NCBI GenBank assembly: GCA_964436695.1
Contig: CAYTEA010000018.1
Span: forward strand, 6,044-70,043
Length of the DNA stretch: 64,000 bases
Direction: 5' to 3'
Source: an uncultured Leptospiraceae bacterium
GTDB lineage: Bacteria > Spirochaetota > Leptospiria > Leptospirales > Leptospiraceae
Shown: positions 19,322-28,875 of the stretch, in pieces
Position numbering within the stretch: the stretch's first letter is position 1
How the letters are laid out: every line of letters begins with the position of its first letter
The notes under the pieces: generated by a model
What the model was told of the DNA's origin: nothing
The model's input: the letters and a program-made list of their open reading frames with translations, nothing else
Databases searched by the model: none
Program-made: the position numbers and the translations under genes

Positions 19322-20712
19322 TTTACTCCGGTTTTTGTGTCTTCAATTACAATACCTTTTCTGTTCAAGAGATCACGGATTTCATCCGCCTTTTTGAAGT
19401 TTTTGTTTTCTTTTGCCAAAATTCTTTCCCGCACCAGATTTTCAATTTCAGCGTCATGATTTTCTCTTTTTTGAAATTCAAGGACTCCGAGAAGTGAATC
19501 TATCGAATGGAAATACTTCAAGCAGTCTGCCATGTCTTCTTTGGAAATGGAGGAGTTGTCCATGGCCGAATTGATTTGTTTGATGAATTCGAAAATACTT
19601 CCAAGAGACTTCGGAACATTTAAATCATCTCCGAGCCCTTCTAGAAATTCATTAAATGCGTCTTTTGCGAATCCATCCGGACGGCCATTTTGGATTTGAA
19701 TATTCTCTTCCAGAATTCTATCTAGAGTGTTCTGAATTCTTGAAATGGCTTTTTCTGATTCTTCGATTCTGGAAAGTGAAAAATTCAATTTCGTTCTGTA
19801 ATGGTAAGACAATAGCAGATAACGTATTGCTTTCTTGTTATAACCCTTCTGGATTAGATCTCTCAGCGTATAAAAATTCCCTTTGCTTTTAGACATCTTT
19901 TGATTTTCCACGAGCAGATGCTCACAGTGAAGCCAGATATTTACGAATTTTTCGGCCGGAAATGCGCCCTCCGATTGAGCGATTTCATTTTCGTGGTGGG
20001 GAAAGAGGAGATCCACTCCACCTGTGTGAATATCAATCCCGGAATTGTAAATTTTTCTTATCATTGCCGAGCATTCCAGATGCCACCCCGGACGGCCTTT
20101 ACCGAATTTGGTATCCCAGAATTTTTCTTTTTCCAGCTTTGGAGATTTCCATAACACAAAGTCTCTGAGATCTTCTTTCTCGTATTCGTCAGCATCGTAT
20201 CTGGCTCCGGTGATGTTCCCGCTTAATTCGATTTTGCTGAGTTTTCCGTAATTTCTGAACTTCTCAATGGAGTAGTAGATACTGCCTTCTTTTTCATATA
20301 CCAGTCCCTGCTTTTCCAGCCTTTCGATAATATCCATCATTTCATCGATTGAGTCTGTTGCTTTCGGATAATGTTCAACTCTTTCTATGTTCAAAGTATC
20401 CAGGTCTTCAAAGAAATATTGAATCCAGGCTTTGGTGAATTCTTCTATCGACTTGTTTTCTTTAATCGAATTCACAATGATCTTGTCGTCAATGTCCGTA
20501 ATATTCATTGTTTGATCCAGGTGATATCCAAAAAGTTTCAGTGTCCTTCGAAGCACATCTACAAACATGTAAGAACGAAAATTTCCGATGTGATTAAAAT
20601 TGTAGACGGTCGGCCCGCAAGAGTATATTTTTACTCTATCCGGATTAGAGGGTTGAAACACCTCTTTTTCGTTGGTCAGCGAATTGAAAAATTTAATTTC
20701 CATCAAGTCCAA
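19306..20712 (-). CDS. cysS: cysteine--tRNA ligase
   Basis: HIGH-type motif NHIGNFRSY, KMSKSKGN, Zn/Cys-binding WHLECS. Confidence 0.95.
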   Translation of the reverse strand: MDLMEIKFFNSLTNEKEVFQPSNPDRVKIYSCGPTVYNFNHIGNFRSYMFVDVLRRTLKLFGYHLDQTMNITDIDDKIIVNSIKENKSIEEFTKAWIQYFFEDLDTLNIERVEHYPKATDSIDEMMDIIERLEKQGLVYEKEGSIYYSIEKFRNYGKLSKIELSGNITGARYDADEYEKEDLRDFVLWKSPKLEKEKFWDTKFGKGRPGWHLECSAMIRKIYNSGIDIHTGGVDLLFPHHENEIAQSEGAFPAEKFVNIWLHCEHLLVENQKMSKSKGNFYTLRDLIQKGYNKKAIRYLLLSYHYRTKLNFSLSRIEESEKAISRIQNTLDRILEENIQIQNGRPDGFAKDAFNEFLEGLGDDLNVPKSLGSIFEFIKQINSAMDNSSISKEDMADCLKYFHSIDSLLGVLEFQKRENHDAEIENLVRERILAKENKNFKKADEIRDLLNRKGIVIEDTKTGVKWKRV

Positions 20713-21655
20713 ATACTTCTTTATAAAATTCTACATTCACCGCGTTCTGTTTTTCCTTTCCTGCCTCGTTTCCCTCATTCGGATATAATTGCATTCTTTT
20801 ATCGCAATTCAAATGATTGAATAGAGCAAATGAGGATTTCGGGTGAGATACTTTGTCATCCAAACCGCAAGAAAAAAGAGCAGGTACTTTTATTTTATTC
20901 GCAAAGTTTACAGAATCAAAATAGGCCAATGTTTTTTTGTACGAAGTTTTTCTGGTTTTATTTTTGGAAGCGTATCTTGAGAGTTCCTTAGACCAGCCTG
21001 CTTCACATGCAAGCTGTTCATCTTCTATGTAGCAAAAATTCGGAGTTTCTGCAACGACTCCCTTGACTCGTTCCGAAAATGCTGTTCCGAAAATTGCAAG
21101 AGATGCGCCGAATGATTTTCCGTGCAAAATAATCCTGTCTCCGTCGATTCCGTCTGTCAGTCTTAAAAATTCGATTGCCCTAAGCACATCCAGATATAGA
21201 TGCTTGACGTAAAAGTCTTCTTTCTTCTCAAGCCCTTCCAGAAAATAACCCGGAGTCCAATCGAGATTCGGTTGTGCTTCAGTTGCCTCCGGCCGGATCA
21301 ATTGGTCTCCATGCCCTCGCAAATCAAGAATCAGTTGAGCAATTCCATGTTCAGTATGGGCTTTTTTGATTTCTGGCCGCTTGCCCATGTAGTCGTGAAA
21401 ATACACTACAACCGGGAGATCACCCCTTTTTCTTGGGATTACAAGTGTTCCATTGATCTGGTAGCGTTTGGAACTTTGAAAGGAAATATCATAAACTGTT
21501 TCGCGGATAATACTACTTTTTAGGAGAGCTTTTGAGGTATTGCTAATCGGAATACTTTTTAGCTCCTTGATGGATTCAGCCCAAAAACTCTCCAAATCCG
21601 AAGGAATAATCAATTTCGGAAAGGTTTGAAAACATTCGTCAAAACTAATAGCCAT
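20693..21655 (-). CDS. alpha/beta hydrolase, acetyl-xylan-esterase (AXE1/CE7)-like
   Basis: GxSxG nucleophile elbow (HGKSFGASLA) and AXE1-like N-terminal region. I chose the internal ATG at 21655, just after the folD stop. The track start at 21721 overlaps folD by 52 nt. Confidence 0.65.
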   Translation of the reverse strand: MAISFDECFQTFPKLIIPSDLESFWAESIKELKSIPISNTSKALLKSSIIRETVYDISFQSSKRYQINGTLVIPRKRGDLPVVVYFHDYMGKRPEIKKAHTEHGIAQLILDLRGHGDQLIRPEATEAQPNLDWTPGYFLEGLEKKEDFYVKHLYLDVLRAIEFLRLTDGIDGDRIILHGKSFGASLAIFGTAFSERVKGVVAETPNFCYIEDEQLACEAGWSKELSRYASKNKTRKTSYKKTLAYFDSVNFANKIKVPALFSCGLDDKVSHPKSSFALFNHLNCDKRMQLYPNEGNEAGKEKQNAVNVEFYKEVFGLDGN

Positions 21656-21669
21656 TTGGAAACAATCTC

Positions 21670-22524
21670 TTAAAAAGGATGCTCTTGTAAAGTTTTCTTT
21701 CTGGAAAGAAGGGTTTGCCACAAAAGAACTGCGATAGTCATAGGGCCGACACCTCCTGGTACCGGAGTATGGTAACTGGATACCTTAGAACCGTTTTTAA
21801 TATCAATGTCGCCTACATTTCCGGAATTGTACCCAGCATCCAGTAAAATTGCGCCTTTTTTTATCCAACCTCCCTGAATAAATTCCGGTTTTCCCAGAGC
21901 GCCGACTACGATATCGGCATCGTGAATGATTTCGGGTAAATTTTGGGTTTTTGAGTGGCAAATTGTAACTGTAGCATCCTCATTCAAAAGTAGCATTGCC
22001 ATAGGTTTTCCCAAAATCGGGGAGCGCCCTACGATTACTGCTTTTTTGCCGGAAATGGGAATATTGTATTCTTTCAATAGAAGCATCATACCATAAGGCG
22101 TGCAGGGCAAAAATGTTTTCTCGCTCATCGACAGCCTTCCAAATGAATTTGTTGTGACTCCGTCAACGTCTTTGGTCAAGGAGATCCTGTCAAAAGCCAG
22201 CCTTTCATCGATCTGTTTTGGGCTTGGGTGCTGCAAAAGTATTCCGTCAATTTTGTCATCTGAATTCAGCCGGTCAATTTCCTGGATTAAATCCTCGGTA
22301 GTGGCATTCTCGGAAATCTTCACCAATTGCGATTTCATCCCCACATATTCACACGCTTTGATTTTCATATTTACATAGGTGACCGAAGAAGGATTGTCTC
22401 CTACAAGTATCGTGGCTAGAGTCGGAATTGGTTGATTTTCTGCTTGCAGTTCGGTTATGGAATTTCTGATTTTTAATTTAATTTTTTCAGCGACTCTTTT
22501 CCCGTCCAATAGTATTGAAGTCAT
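21670..22524 (-). CDS. folD: bifunctional methylenetetrahydrofolate dehydrogenase / methenyl-THF cyclohydrolase
   Basis: LATILVGDNPSS..YV..K, GRSPILGKPMA, TPVPGGVGPMT. Confidence 0.95.
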   Translation of the reverse strand: MTSILLDGKRVAEKIKLKIRNSITELQAENQPIPTLATILVGDNPSSVTYVNMKIKACEYVGMKSQLVKISENATTEDLIQEIDRLNSDDKIDGILLQHPSPKQIDERLAFDRISLTKDVDGVTTNSFGRLSMSEKTFLPCTPYGMMLLLKEYNIPISGKKAVIVGRSPILGKPMAMLLLNEDATVTICHSKTQNLPEIIHDADIVVGALGKPEFIQGGWIKKGAILLDAGYNSGNVGDIDIKNGSKVSSYHTPVPGGVGPMTIAVLLWQTLLSRKKTLQEHPF

Positions 22525-22571
22525 ATACTATCCAAAAAAGTAAAGCGAACTCTTTCGTCAATTGGTTTGTC

Positions 22572-24023
22572 GTGAAAATACTGCCTGATTTGAATTATAA
22601 TCATCTATACTCCAAAAGCTGGAAGTCGGAGTTGAAACCGGACATTGCCTATCCGGAAATTTTGAAAAATGAAAAATTCGGATCTTGGTTTGAGGCAAGG
22701 AATTCAATAGAAGGACAAAACCGATATTTTACTTGTCTCGCAATTCAACCCGAATTTGTAATTGTCCGAAATACACCCAAGAAAAAAATTCTTCTAATTT
22801 ACCCGGAGAAGAATTTAGAGGAAGAGTATAATCTTGACAACTTTTTTTCATTTCTTTCAGAATTGGAGAACTGGCAGGATACTTTGAGAAAACGCCTGCA
22901 GGAAGATTTTTACAAGGTGTCAGAATTTCCATTTGTAGGAGGATTTCTCGGGTATTTCGGGTTTGGATTAAAAGATGAAATCGAAAAATTGAATTTGAAA
23001 AATCCAGCTTCCACTTTTTCGGATTCCATTCTTTGTTTTTATCCGGAAGTATTGCTTTTCGAATATTCTTCCTCAATGTATCATATTGTTTCTATGAAAC
23101 CTTCACAGGTGAATGCGTTATGCGAAAGACTAGAGAAAATTGCATCGGAAAAATCCGGGTCAAATGAAAAACGAAAACCTCCGAAATTTACCGTGAAGTC
23201 AGAAGATTTGTTTCGGAATTACGATTTGTCCTTGGATAAGGAAAAATATAAAGAAGCCTTTCAGAAAATACACGAGTCGATTTTTTCAGGCAGAATTTAT
23301 CAATCGTGCCTCACTTCCAGATTTGAAAAATCCTATTCCGGCAATCCATTGGAGGATTATTGTAATTTGAGAAAACTCTACAACACTCCTTTTTCAGCCT
23401 ATTTTCACCTGAACGGCCTTTACATCTTGTCCTTTTCGGTGGAAAGTTTTCTCTCCTTATCAAAGGACACAATCATTTCGAGGCCTGTGAAAGGGACTGT
23501 GATTCGGAGAAGTTGGGAAAATGATGAATATCTGAAAAATTTTTTATCCAAAAGCCGAAAGGAGATAGCTGAAAATTGCATTATTGTGGATCTCATTCGA
23601 AATGATGCTGGAAAAGTATCTGAAATCGGCAGTGTTCGGGTCTCGAAATTATTGGAAATAGAATCCTATCCTACGGTACATCAACTGGTAAGCGAAATAA
23701 CTGCGACCAAGAGAGTGGGTTCGGATTTTTCGGAAATCTTACGCGCCTTATTTCCCGGAGGGTCGATGACTGGAGCACCCAAAGTCGAGGCTCTGCACCT
23801 TATCGAGGAAGTAGAAGCATGTTCAAGGGGAATTTATTCCGGTGCGTTAGGCTACCTCGATGTCCGGGGAAATGTTGAATTGAATATGGTGATTCGGACT
23901 GCGTTTATTTTTGAAAATAAAATATCTTTTCACAGTGGTGGGGGGATCGTTGCAGATTCAATACTGGAGAATGAATGGGACGAACTTCTTGGTAAGTCGG
24001 AATTTTTTTTGAAATATTTTTAG
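22572..24023 (+). CDS. pabB: aminodeoxychorismate synthase component I (chorismate-binding PabB/TrpE family)
   Basis: ISRPVKGT, PGGSMTGAPK, SRGIYSGALGY. Start uncertain: the track TTG at 22515 overlaps the divergent folD start, and the GTG at 22572 is the next in-frame candidate. Confidence 0.8.
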   Translation: MKILPDLNYNHLYSKSWKSELKPDIAYPEILKNEKFGSWFEARNSIEGQNRYFTCLAIQPEFVIVRNTPKKKILLIYPEKNLEEEYNLDNFFSFLSELENWQDTLRKRLQEDFYKVSEFPFVGGFLGYFGFGLKDEIEKLNLKNPASTFSDSILCFYPEVLLFEYSSSMYHIVSMKPSQVNALCERLEKIASEKSGSNEKRKPPKFTVKSEDLFRNYDLSLDKEKYKEAFQKIHESIFSGRIYQSCLTSRFEKSYSGNPLEDYCNLRKLYNTPFSAYFHLNGLYILSFSVESFLSLSKDTIISRPVKGTVIRRSWENDEYLKNFLSKSRKEIAENCIIVDLIRNDAGKVSEIGSVRVSKLLEIESYPTVHQLVSEITATKRVGSDFSEILRALFPGGSMTGAPKVEALHLIEEVEACSRGIYSGALGYLDVRGNVELNMVIRTAFIFENKISFHSGGGIVADSILENEWDELLGKSEFFLKYF

Positions 24024-24074
24024 CTGCAAGGAATTTATTTGATAATCTAATCAGTTTTTTTTCACTGTTAACTT

Positions 24075-25781
24075 ATGAGATTTTTTTCAGCCAAAGCATT
24101 AATAATAGCTGGTTCTTTATTTGTTGCCCTCCTGTTAATCGTAAGTACAGGATACGGATTGAACCGTTCCGATGACCTGAAAAAAGAAGTCGAAATCCTT
24201 GCGGATGAAATTTTGTCCAAAATGACAGATGAAGAAAAAATCGGTCAGATCATTCATATAGCTATACCCAAAAATCATCTGGACCCGGTCGCTCTGGAGG
24301 AAATCAAGAAACTCAAGCCCGGTGGGATCATTCTATTTGGAATGAATTTCGGGACGAAGGAAGAAATAATCAAATTGAATAGCGATTTGCAGAAAGAGGC
24401 AGAATTGTTGGGAATTCTACCTTTTCTGATTTCGACTGACCAGGAGGGGGGAAGAGTGATACGGGTGAAATCCGTGCAGGATTTTCCCGGAGCAATGGCT
24501 TTGGGGCAGATTGGAAATGAAGCATATACTGAAAAAGTAGGATTTATTACATCTTATGAATTAAGTTCCCACGGAGTCAATTTACTCCTTGCGCCGGTTT
24601 TGGATATAAACAATAATCCGGAGAATCCCGTAATCAATACCCGGTCATTCGGTTCCGACATGGGGATTGTATTGAAAATGGCCTCCAACTATCAGAAAGG
24701 TGCGATGGAAGGTGGAGCAATTCCTGTTGTTAAGCATTTTCCCGGACATGGGGATACCAACATTGATAGCCATTTGGGCCTCCCAGTAATTCAAAAAAAT
24801 GAAGACGAACTTTTTCAAATGGAACTAATCCCATTTCAGAAATCAATTGAACTTGGAATTCGGGTAGTTATGAGTGCTCACATTGTTTACCCAAAACTGG
24901 ATCCGGATCTTCCCGCAACTCTTTCTCAAAAAATCCTAAACGGGATCTTGCGGAAAAAGATGAATTTTGACGGAGTGATTATTACGGATGCGATGGAGAT
25001 GAAAGCAATTGCAGACAACTATTTCGACAAAAAGCCGGGAAAACTAGCTATACTTGCGGGAGCAGATATTATCCTTCTGACTAGTTGGGGAAAAACTACA
25101 TCGGATTACAAATCAATGCTGGAAGATGCAGTAAAAGAAAAGGCTTTTGAGATAGATGGAAAAAATCTTCTGAATGAAGCAGTCAAGCGCCAAATCATTT
25201 TGAAGCTGGAAAACGGGTTACTTCCCTCGACCTGCTGTAAATCTCCAAAGATCTATCTGGAAAAATTTTTAAAAGAAAAGCGAGAGTTTTCCAAAAAAAA
25301 ATATTCTGAAACTTTTTCGAAAGAATCTCCAGCGGAATTCAATCGTATGCTCTCGAAAAAATCGATTCGGAGTTATGGTAAACAATTTGTCTCTTTGAGC
25401 GAGAAAGAACTTTCCAAAACGGAATTTTTCGTGAAGGATCCCTATTTGAAAACAGTGCTTAAAAAAATGAAAATGAAATCAGTGAAAGTCTCTAAACTGG
25501 GTAAAATTTTTTCCAAATCCAAAAATGCAAGGCTGGTTTTGGCATCAGAGAAACTGGAAGATTTAGCGGAAATTCAAAAGATCATCCAGAAAAATCCGAA
25601 AAGAAAAATCATATTGCTTCATTACGGGTCGCCTTTTTTTGAATTTCCCAAAGGTGAAAATCTTCAGATTTTGTTTTCTTTTTCTCCTACCGAAGGTTCT
25701 CTGGAAGCTTTGGGGAATTCTTTGTCCAGGAAATACCGCAACACCCCGGTTGAGGTTCCAAATCTGATTTTCCGAAAATGA
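24075..25781 (+). CDS. nagZ: glycoside hydrolase family 3 beta-N-acetylhexosaminidase (NagZ-like) with N-terminal signal/anchor and C-terminal extension
   Basis: TDQEGGRV, KHFPGHGDT, VIITDAMEM. Hydrophobic N-terminus. Confidence 0.85.
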   Translation: MRFFSAKALIIAGSLFVALLLIVSTGYGLNRSDDLKKEVEILADEILSKMTDEEKIGQIIHIAIPKNHLDPVALEEIKKLKPGGIILFGMNFGTKEEIIKLNSDLQKEAELLGILPFLISTDQEGGRVIRVKSVQDFPGAMALGQIGNEAYTEKVGFITSYELSSHGVNLLLAPVLDINNNPENPVINTRSFGSDMGIVLKMASNYQKGAMEGGAIPVVKHFPGHGDTNIDSHLGLPVIQKNEDELFQMELIPFQKSIELGIRVVMSAHIVYPKLDPDLPATLSQKILNGILRKKMNFDGVIITDAMEMKAIADNYFDKKPGKLAILAGADIILLTSWGKTTSDYKSMLEDAVKEKAFEIDGKNLLNEAVKRQIILKLENGLLPSTCCKSPKIYLEKFLKEKREFSKKKYSETFSKESPAEFNRMLSKKSIRSYGKQFVSLSEKELSKTEFFVKDPYLKTVLKKMKMKSVKVSKLGKIFSKSKNARLVLASEKLEDLAEIQKIIQKNPKRKIILLHYGSPFFEFPKGENLQILFSFSPTEGSLEALGNSLSRKYRNTPVEVPNLIFRK

Positions 25782-25838
25782 AAGTATTGAAAGAGATTTG
25801 ACCGAAATCAGTATAAAAAAAAATGTAGCATTACACAC

Positions 25839-25920
25839 GCGAGCGTGGTGAAATTGGCAGACACGCCAGACTTAGGATCTGGTGCCGAAAGGTGTGGGGG
25901 TTCAAGTCCCTTCGCTCGCA
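25839..25920 (+). tRNA. tRNA-Leu (anticodon UAG), class II with long variable arm
   Basis: GCGAGCGTGGTGAAATTGGCAGACACGCCAGACTTAGGATCTGGTGCCGAAAGGTGTGGGGGTTCAAGTCCCTTCGCTCGCA. Acceptor GCGAGCG/CGCTCGC, anticodon stem CCAGA/TCTGG, loop CTTAGGA. Confidence 0.95.
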
Positions 25921-25974
25921 AATCTCTCCTCAAATAAGCAAACATCTCAATTAAAAAAAATCCGGACTTTGAAC

Positions 25975-26245
25975 GCGAGCAAAGCGACATCGAATACTGC
26001 CAGTGGCAGTGTTTGATGAAAAATTTGCAGGAAGCACCCAGCTCCTTGTAAATTATGCTCTAGTAAAAAGCCTATTTGAGAATATTAAATAAATTTAATA
26101 AAACCATTATGACAACGAAACAAGGGGCTGGGTAGCGACCGAGCCGGCCTGAAGAAAAATTTCAGGAGGAAATTTTTCGGAAAGGCAAGTCCCCCAGCAC
26201 AAGCCTAAAATCCCCCTTGTGCTGGACTAACGCTTCGCTTGCAAG
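25975..26245 (+). other. degenerate, insertion-expanded tRNA-Leu-like sequence / structured element (pseudo-tRNA, att scar or unclassified ncRNA)
   Basis: Collinear blocks shared with the adjacent tRNA-Leu: GCGAGC, TGGCAG, CGGAAAGG, CAAGTCCC and CTTCGCTTGCAA (11 of 12). Four strong hairpins sit between the blocks. No ORF. Confidence 0.4.
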
Positions 26246-26266
26246 ATTTTCTTCTAGAACAATAAT

Positions 26267-27526
26267 CTAATACAAATAGAATTTTTTAATCTTCAGTAAG
26301 TAGTCACTTTCCTTGGAAGCATAGGATTCGTGAAACTTCTGAAACGGAATTCCTGAATTGATCGATTTTCGAAAGGAATCACTTCCCCAAAGATAATCAA
26401 TATGAGGAATTTTTCCATAGGCCTGCCAACTAAATTGGTTTTTGTAAATCGCTTGAATTGCTTGGATTAAAATATACCCTAGTTCGACTGGATTGTAATT
26501 TCGATTTACAAGGTTCATTCTTAAGCCTCTGCATATCTGATCTTTGTATGGGCCATACACGGGCTTAAAAAAAATGTTCGAGAAAAAATAGTCTTTGGAG
26601 TTGGTTCGGCTCAAAACGTATTCGGCTACTTTTTCCGGATTTTTCATCCAGGGCGCTCCGAAATAAACAAATGGAGCGGCAGTTCCACGGCCCACGGAAA
26701 TATTGATTCCTTCTAAAAATACCAATGCAAAATAATTTCGCGCAGATTCCAAATCGGGGAGGTTTGGGGAGGGGGTGTGCCATTCCAGTCCGCTTTCTTC
26801 AAAGCTCTGGCTTCTTTTATATTTTTCAACGGGAATGATTTCCAGATGAACTTTTTTAGATAGATAACTTTCGTTGTAATAATTCGCACTTTCTCCAATG
26901 GTCAGGCCGGTAAAAAATGTGGAAGGAAATTCTCCGGCAAAATTTTCAAATTCAGACCGAATGAAATCTCCGGCGGGCTTTATTTGCAAGGCAGGATTAA
27001 TATGATCCAGAATGATCATTTTTTTTGTTCCGGGTGTCAGGTGTTCCATGATTCTTTTTAAAACTGTCAGGTAGGTGTAGCACCTCATGCCCATGTCCTG
27101 AACGTCAAAAATAATGGAGTCAACCTCTGAAATCAGGTTTGCCAGTTCGCTTTTTTTTAACCTGTAAATGTGATAAATTGGAACATTAAACAATGGGTCT
27201 ATGGTTACCGGGGTCTGGCTGAAATCTTCTTCCAACCCCAAAAAACCGTGCTCTAAGCCTATCAAATGGGTGATTTTTACGCCGTTTTTTTTGAATTCGG
27301 ATTTCAAAAATTCCGGGTTGTTTCCAATTCCGGACGGATTGGTTACTAAAAGAATCTTTTTCCCATTGAGTGAAGGCAAAATTACATCATAAAATTTCCT
27401 ATATGAGGGCTTTACCTCGGAATCTTTAGGGTGAACGCGGATTCTCGTGTCCGGTTCTATGGCACAGAAGGAAATAAGTGTTAATAAAACAGGAATTGTA
27501 AATAAATTTTTCTTGAACATATTCAT
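26267..27526 (-). CDS. namZ: DUF1343-family protein (exo-beta-N-acetylmuramidase NamZ-like), probable lipoprotein
   Basis: LVTNPSGIGNN and LIGLEHGFLG are characteristic of DUF1343/YbbC. N-terminus LLTLISFC ends in a lipobox-like Cys. Confidence 0.8.
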   Translation of the reverse strand: MNMFKKNLFTIPVLLTLISFCAIEPDTRIRVHPKDSEVKPSYRKFYDVILPSLNGKKILLVTNPSGIGNNPEFLKSEFKKNGVKITHLIGLEHGFLGLEEDFSQTPVTIDPLFNVPIYHIYRLKKSELANLISEVDSIIFDVQDMGMRCYTYLTVLKRIMEHLTPGTKKMIILDHINPALQIKPAGDFIRSEFENFAGEFPSTFFTGLTIGESANYYNESYLSKKVHLEIIPVEKYKRSQSFEESGLEWHTPSPNLPDLESARNYFALVFLEGINISVGRGTAAPFVYFGAPWMKNPEKVAEYVLSRTNSKDYFFSNIFFKPVYGPYKDQICRGLRMNLVNRNYNPVELGYILIQAIQAIYKNQFSWQAYGKIPHIDYLWGSDSFRKSINSGIPFQKFHESYASKESDYLLKIKKFYLY

Positions 27527-27572
27527 TCATGAATTTTAAGTTAATAAAATCATCAAGGAGAATAAATTCTAT

Positions 27573-28829
27573 ATGAATAAGAAAATCGCAAAATCCCGAA
27601 TTTTTTTGGGTATTTTACTTTTAGCTTTTTTTCAATACTGTGCTACGGGTGGATCGAAGGGGAAAAAAGACTCTGACATCGTGGGAAGAGATGGAAACAC
27701 AATTACGGTATTCGGTGAAGCTCCAATTTATCAGGGAGACAAACAACTTGCCGAGCAGAAAGCCATTAAAGATGCAAAAACTGTCGCAGTGCGAAAGCTT
27801 TTGGGAGAGCAAATTTCTTCAAAGAGTGGAGTTGCTGACGGTGAAAGCCTTGGATCAAGCTTGCTTGCGAAATCCGATGGTTTTGTAAAAAAATATGACA
27901 TTATCGATCGTAATTTTTACAAACTCGATACACAGGATATGATTAAACTAACGGTAAAATGTGAAGTCGAGGAGTCAAAGATTAATACAGCAGTTGATGC
28001 TTTGATGGCAGATATCGGAAATCCAAGAACTATGGTGCTCATCAAAGCCGATCTGGGTGGGACAATCGTAAATGCCGGATCGAATGGAAATATGGCTGAA
28101 TCGATGATTATCGAAGCTCTCAAAAAGAATGGTTCCAGAGTGATCGATGCCGGAGTTGCCAGAAAACAGCTTTCTAAAAATCCGAAAGCTCAAGCTGACG
28201 CAGATCCAGATGATATCAAAGAAGGTTCTCCTGTAATTTCCATTGCACAGGATGCCGGAGCAGAAGTGCTGATTATCGGAGAGGTAAAAACTACCGATCA
28301 GCCTCCAGTAACCGAAATGAATGGACAACCACTTTCAAAGCCTATTTACAATTCTTCTGCCGACGGAACATACAAGATTATTCTTCTTTGGGGAGATGGC
28401 AAGATTGTTGGAACCGGAGCTGAAAATGAAAGAGGTCCCGACATTACTGCAAAAGTTGCTCGCGACAATGCCGTAAAAAAATGGGGTGAGAAAGTAGCTA
28501 AGAAAGTGAATAAGCAGTTGAAAGATGAATGGTTTCAATTAGCGGAAGGAAACCACATTCTTTTGAAGTTTACAGGACTTAATGCAGAGGAAGCTACAAA
28601 ATTTGCCGATGACCTGAAAGAATACACTGCAGTAAAAGAAGTAAATCAAAAATCTACTGCAGAAAGCGGTTCCGAATGGGAATTGACCTATCCTGGAAAA
28701 GAATCAGCGTTTACTGATGAAATGACCTACAAAAAAGACAGAGGATTCAACTACCTTGGGAAAAAAACTCTTACGATCAAGGGATCGAAAAGAGGTGTTG
28801 TAGAATTGGAGTTTGCACCAATCAAGTAG
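27573..28829 (+). CDS. putative lipoprotein, 418 aa
   Basis: Signal peptide plus Cys (LLLAFFQYCATGG). No confident domain call. Confidence 0.7.
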   Translation: MNKKIAKSRIFLGILLLAFFQYCATGGSKGKKDSDIVGRDGNTITVFGEAPIYQGDKQLAEQKAIKDAKTVAVRKLLGEQISSKSGVADGESLGSSLLAKSDGFVKKYDIIDRNFYKLDTQDMIKLTVKCEVEESKINTAVDALMADIGNPRTMVLIKADLGGTIVNAGSNGNMAESMIIEALKKNGSRVIDAGVARKQLSKNPKAQADADPDDIKEGSPVISIAQDAGAEVLIIGEVKTTDQPPVTEMNGQPLSKPIYNSSADGTYKIILLWGDGKIVGTGAENERGPDITAKVARDNAVKKWGEKVAKKVNKQLKDEWFQLAEGNHILLKFTGLNAEEATKFADDLKEYTAVKEVNQKSTAESGSEWELTYPGKESAFTDEMTYKKDRGFNYLGKKTLTIKGSKRGVVELEFAPIK

Positions 28830-28843
28830 TGCAAGGCTTTAGG

Positions 28844-28875
28844 CAGTGGGTTTTTGGCCCACTGTCTATTTATCG
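28844..28875 (+). terminator. candidate rho-independent terminator
   Basis: CAGTGGG-tttttgg-CCCACTG hairpin 15 nt after the stop codon, followed by a T-rich stretch (tctatttat). Confidence 0.5.

Noticed and set aside
25808-25990. 60-aa minus-strand ORF
   Set aside because: It overlaps the entire tRNA-Leu gene on the opposite strand and is spurious.
26178-26193. CGGAAAGGCAAGTCC resembling the RNase P RNA GGAAAGUCC core
   Set aside because: The match is interrupted, the region is too short for RNase P RNA, and the other universally conserved RNase P blocks are absent. Similarity to the variable-arm and T-arm blocks of the adjacent tRNA-Leu explains it better. tmRNA, SRP RNA and 6S RNA were also considered for 25975-26245 and rejected for lack of their signature sequences.
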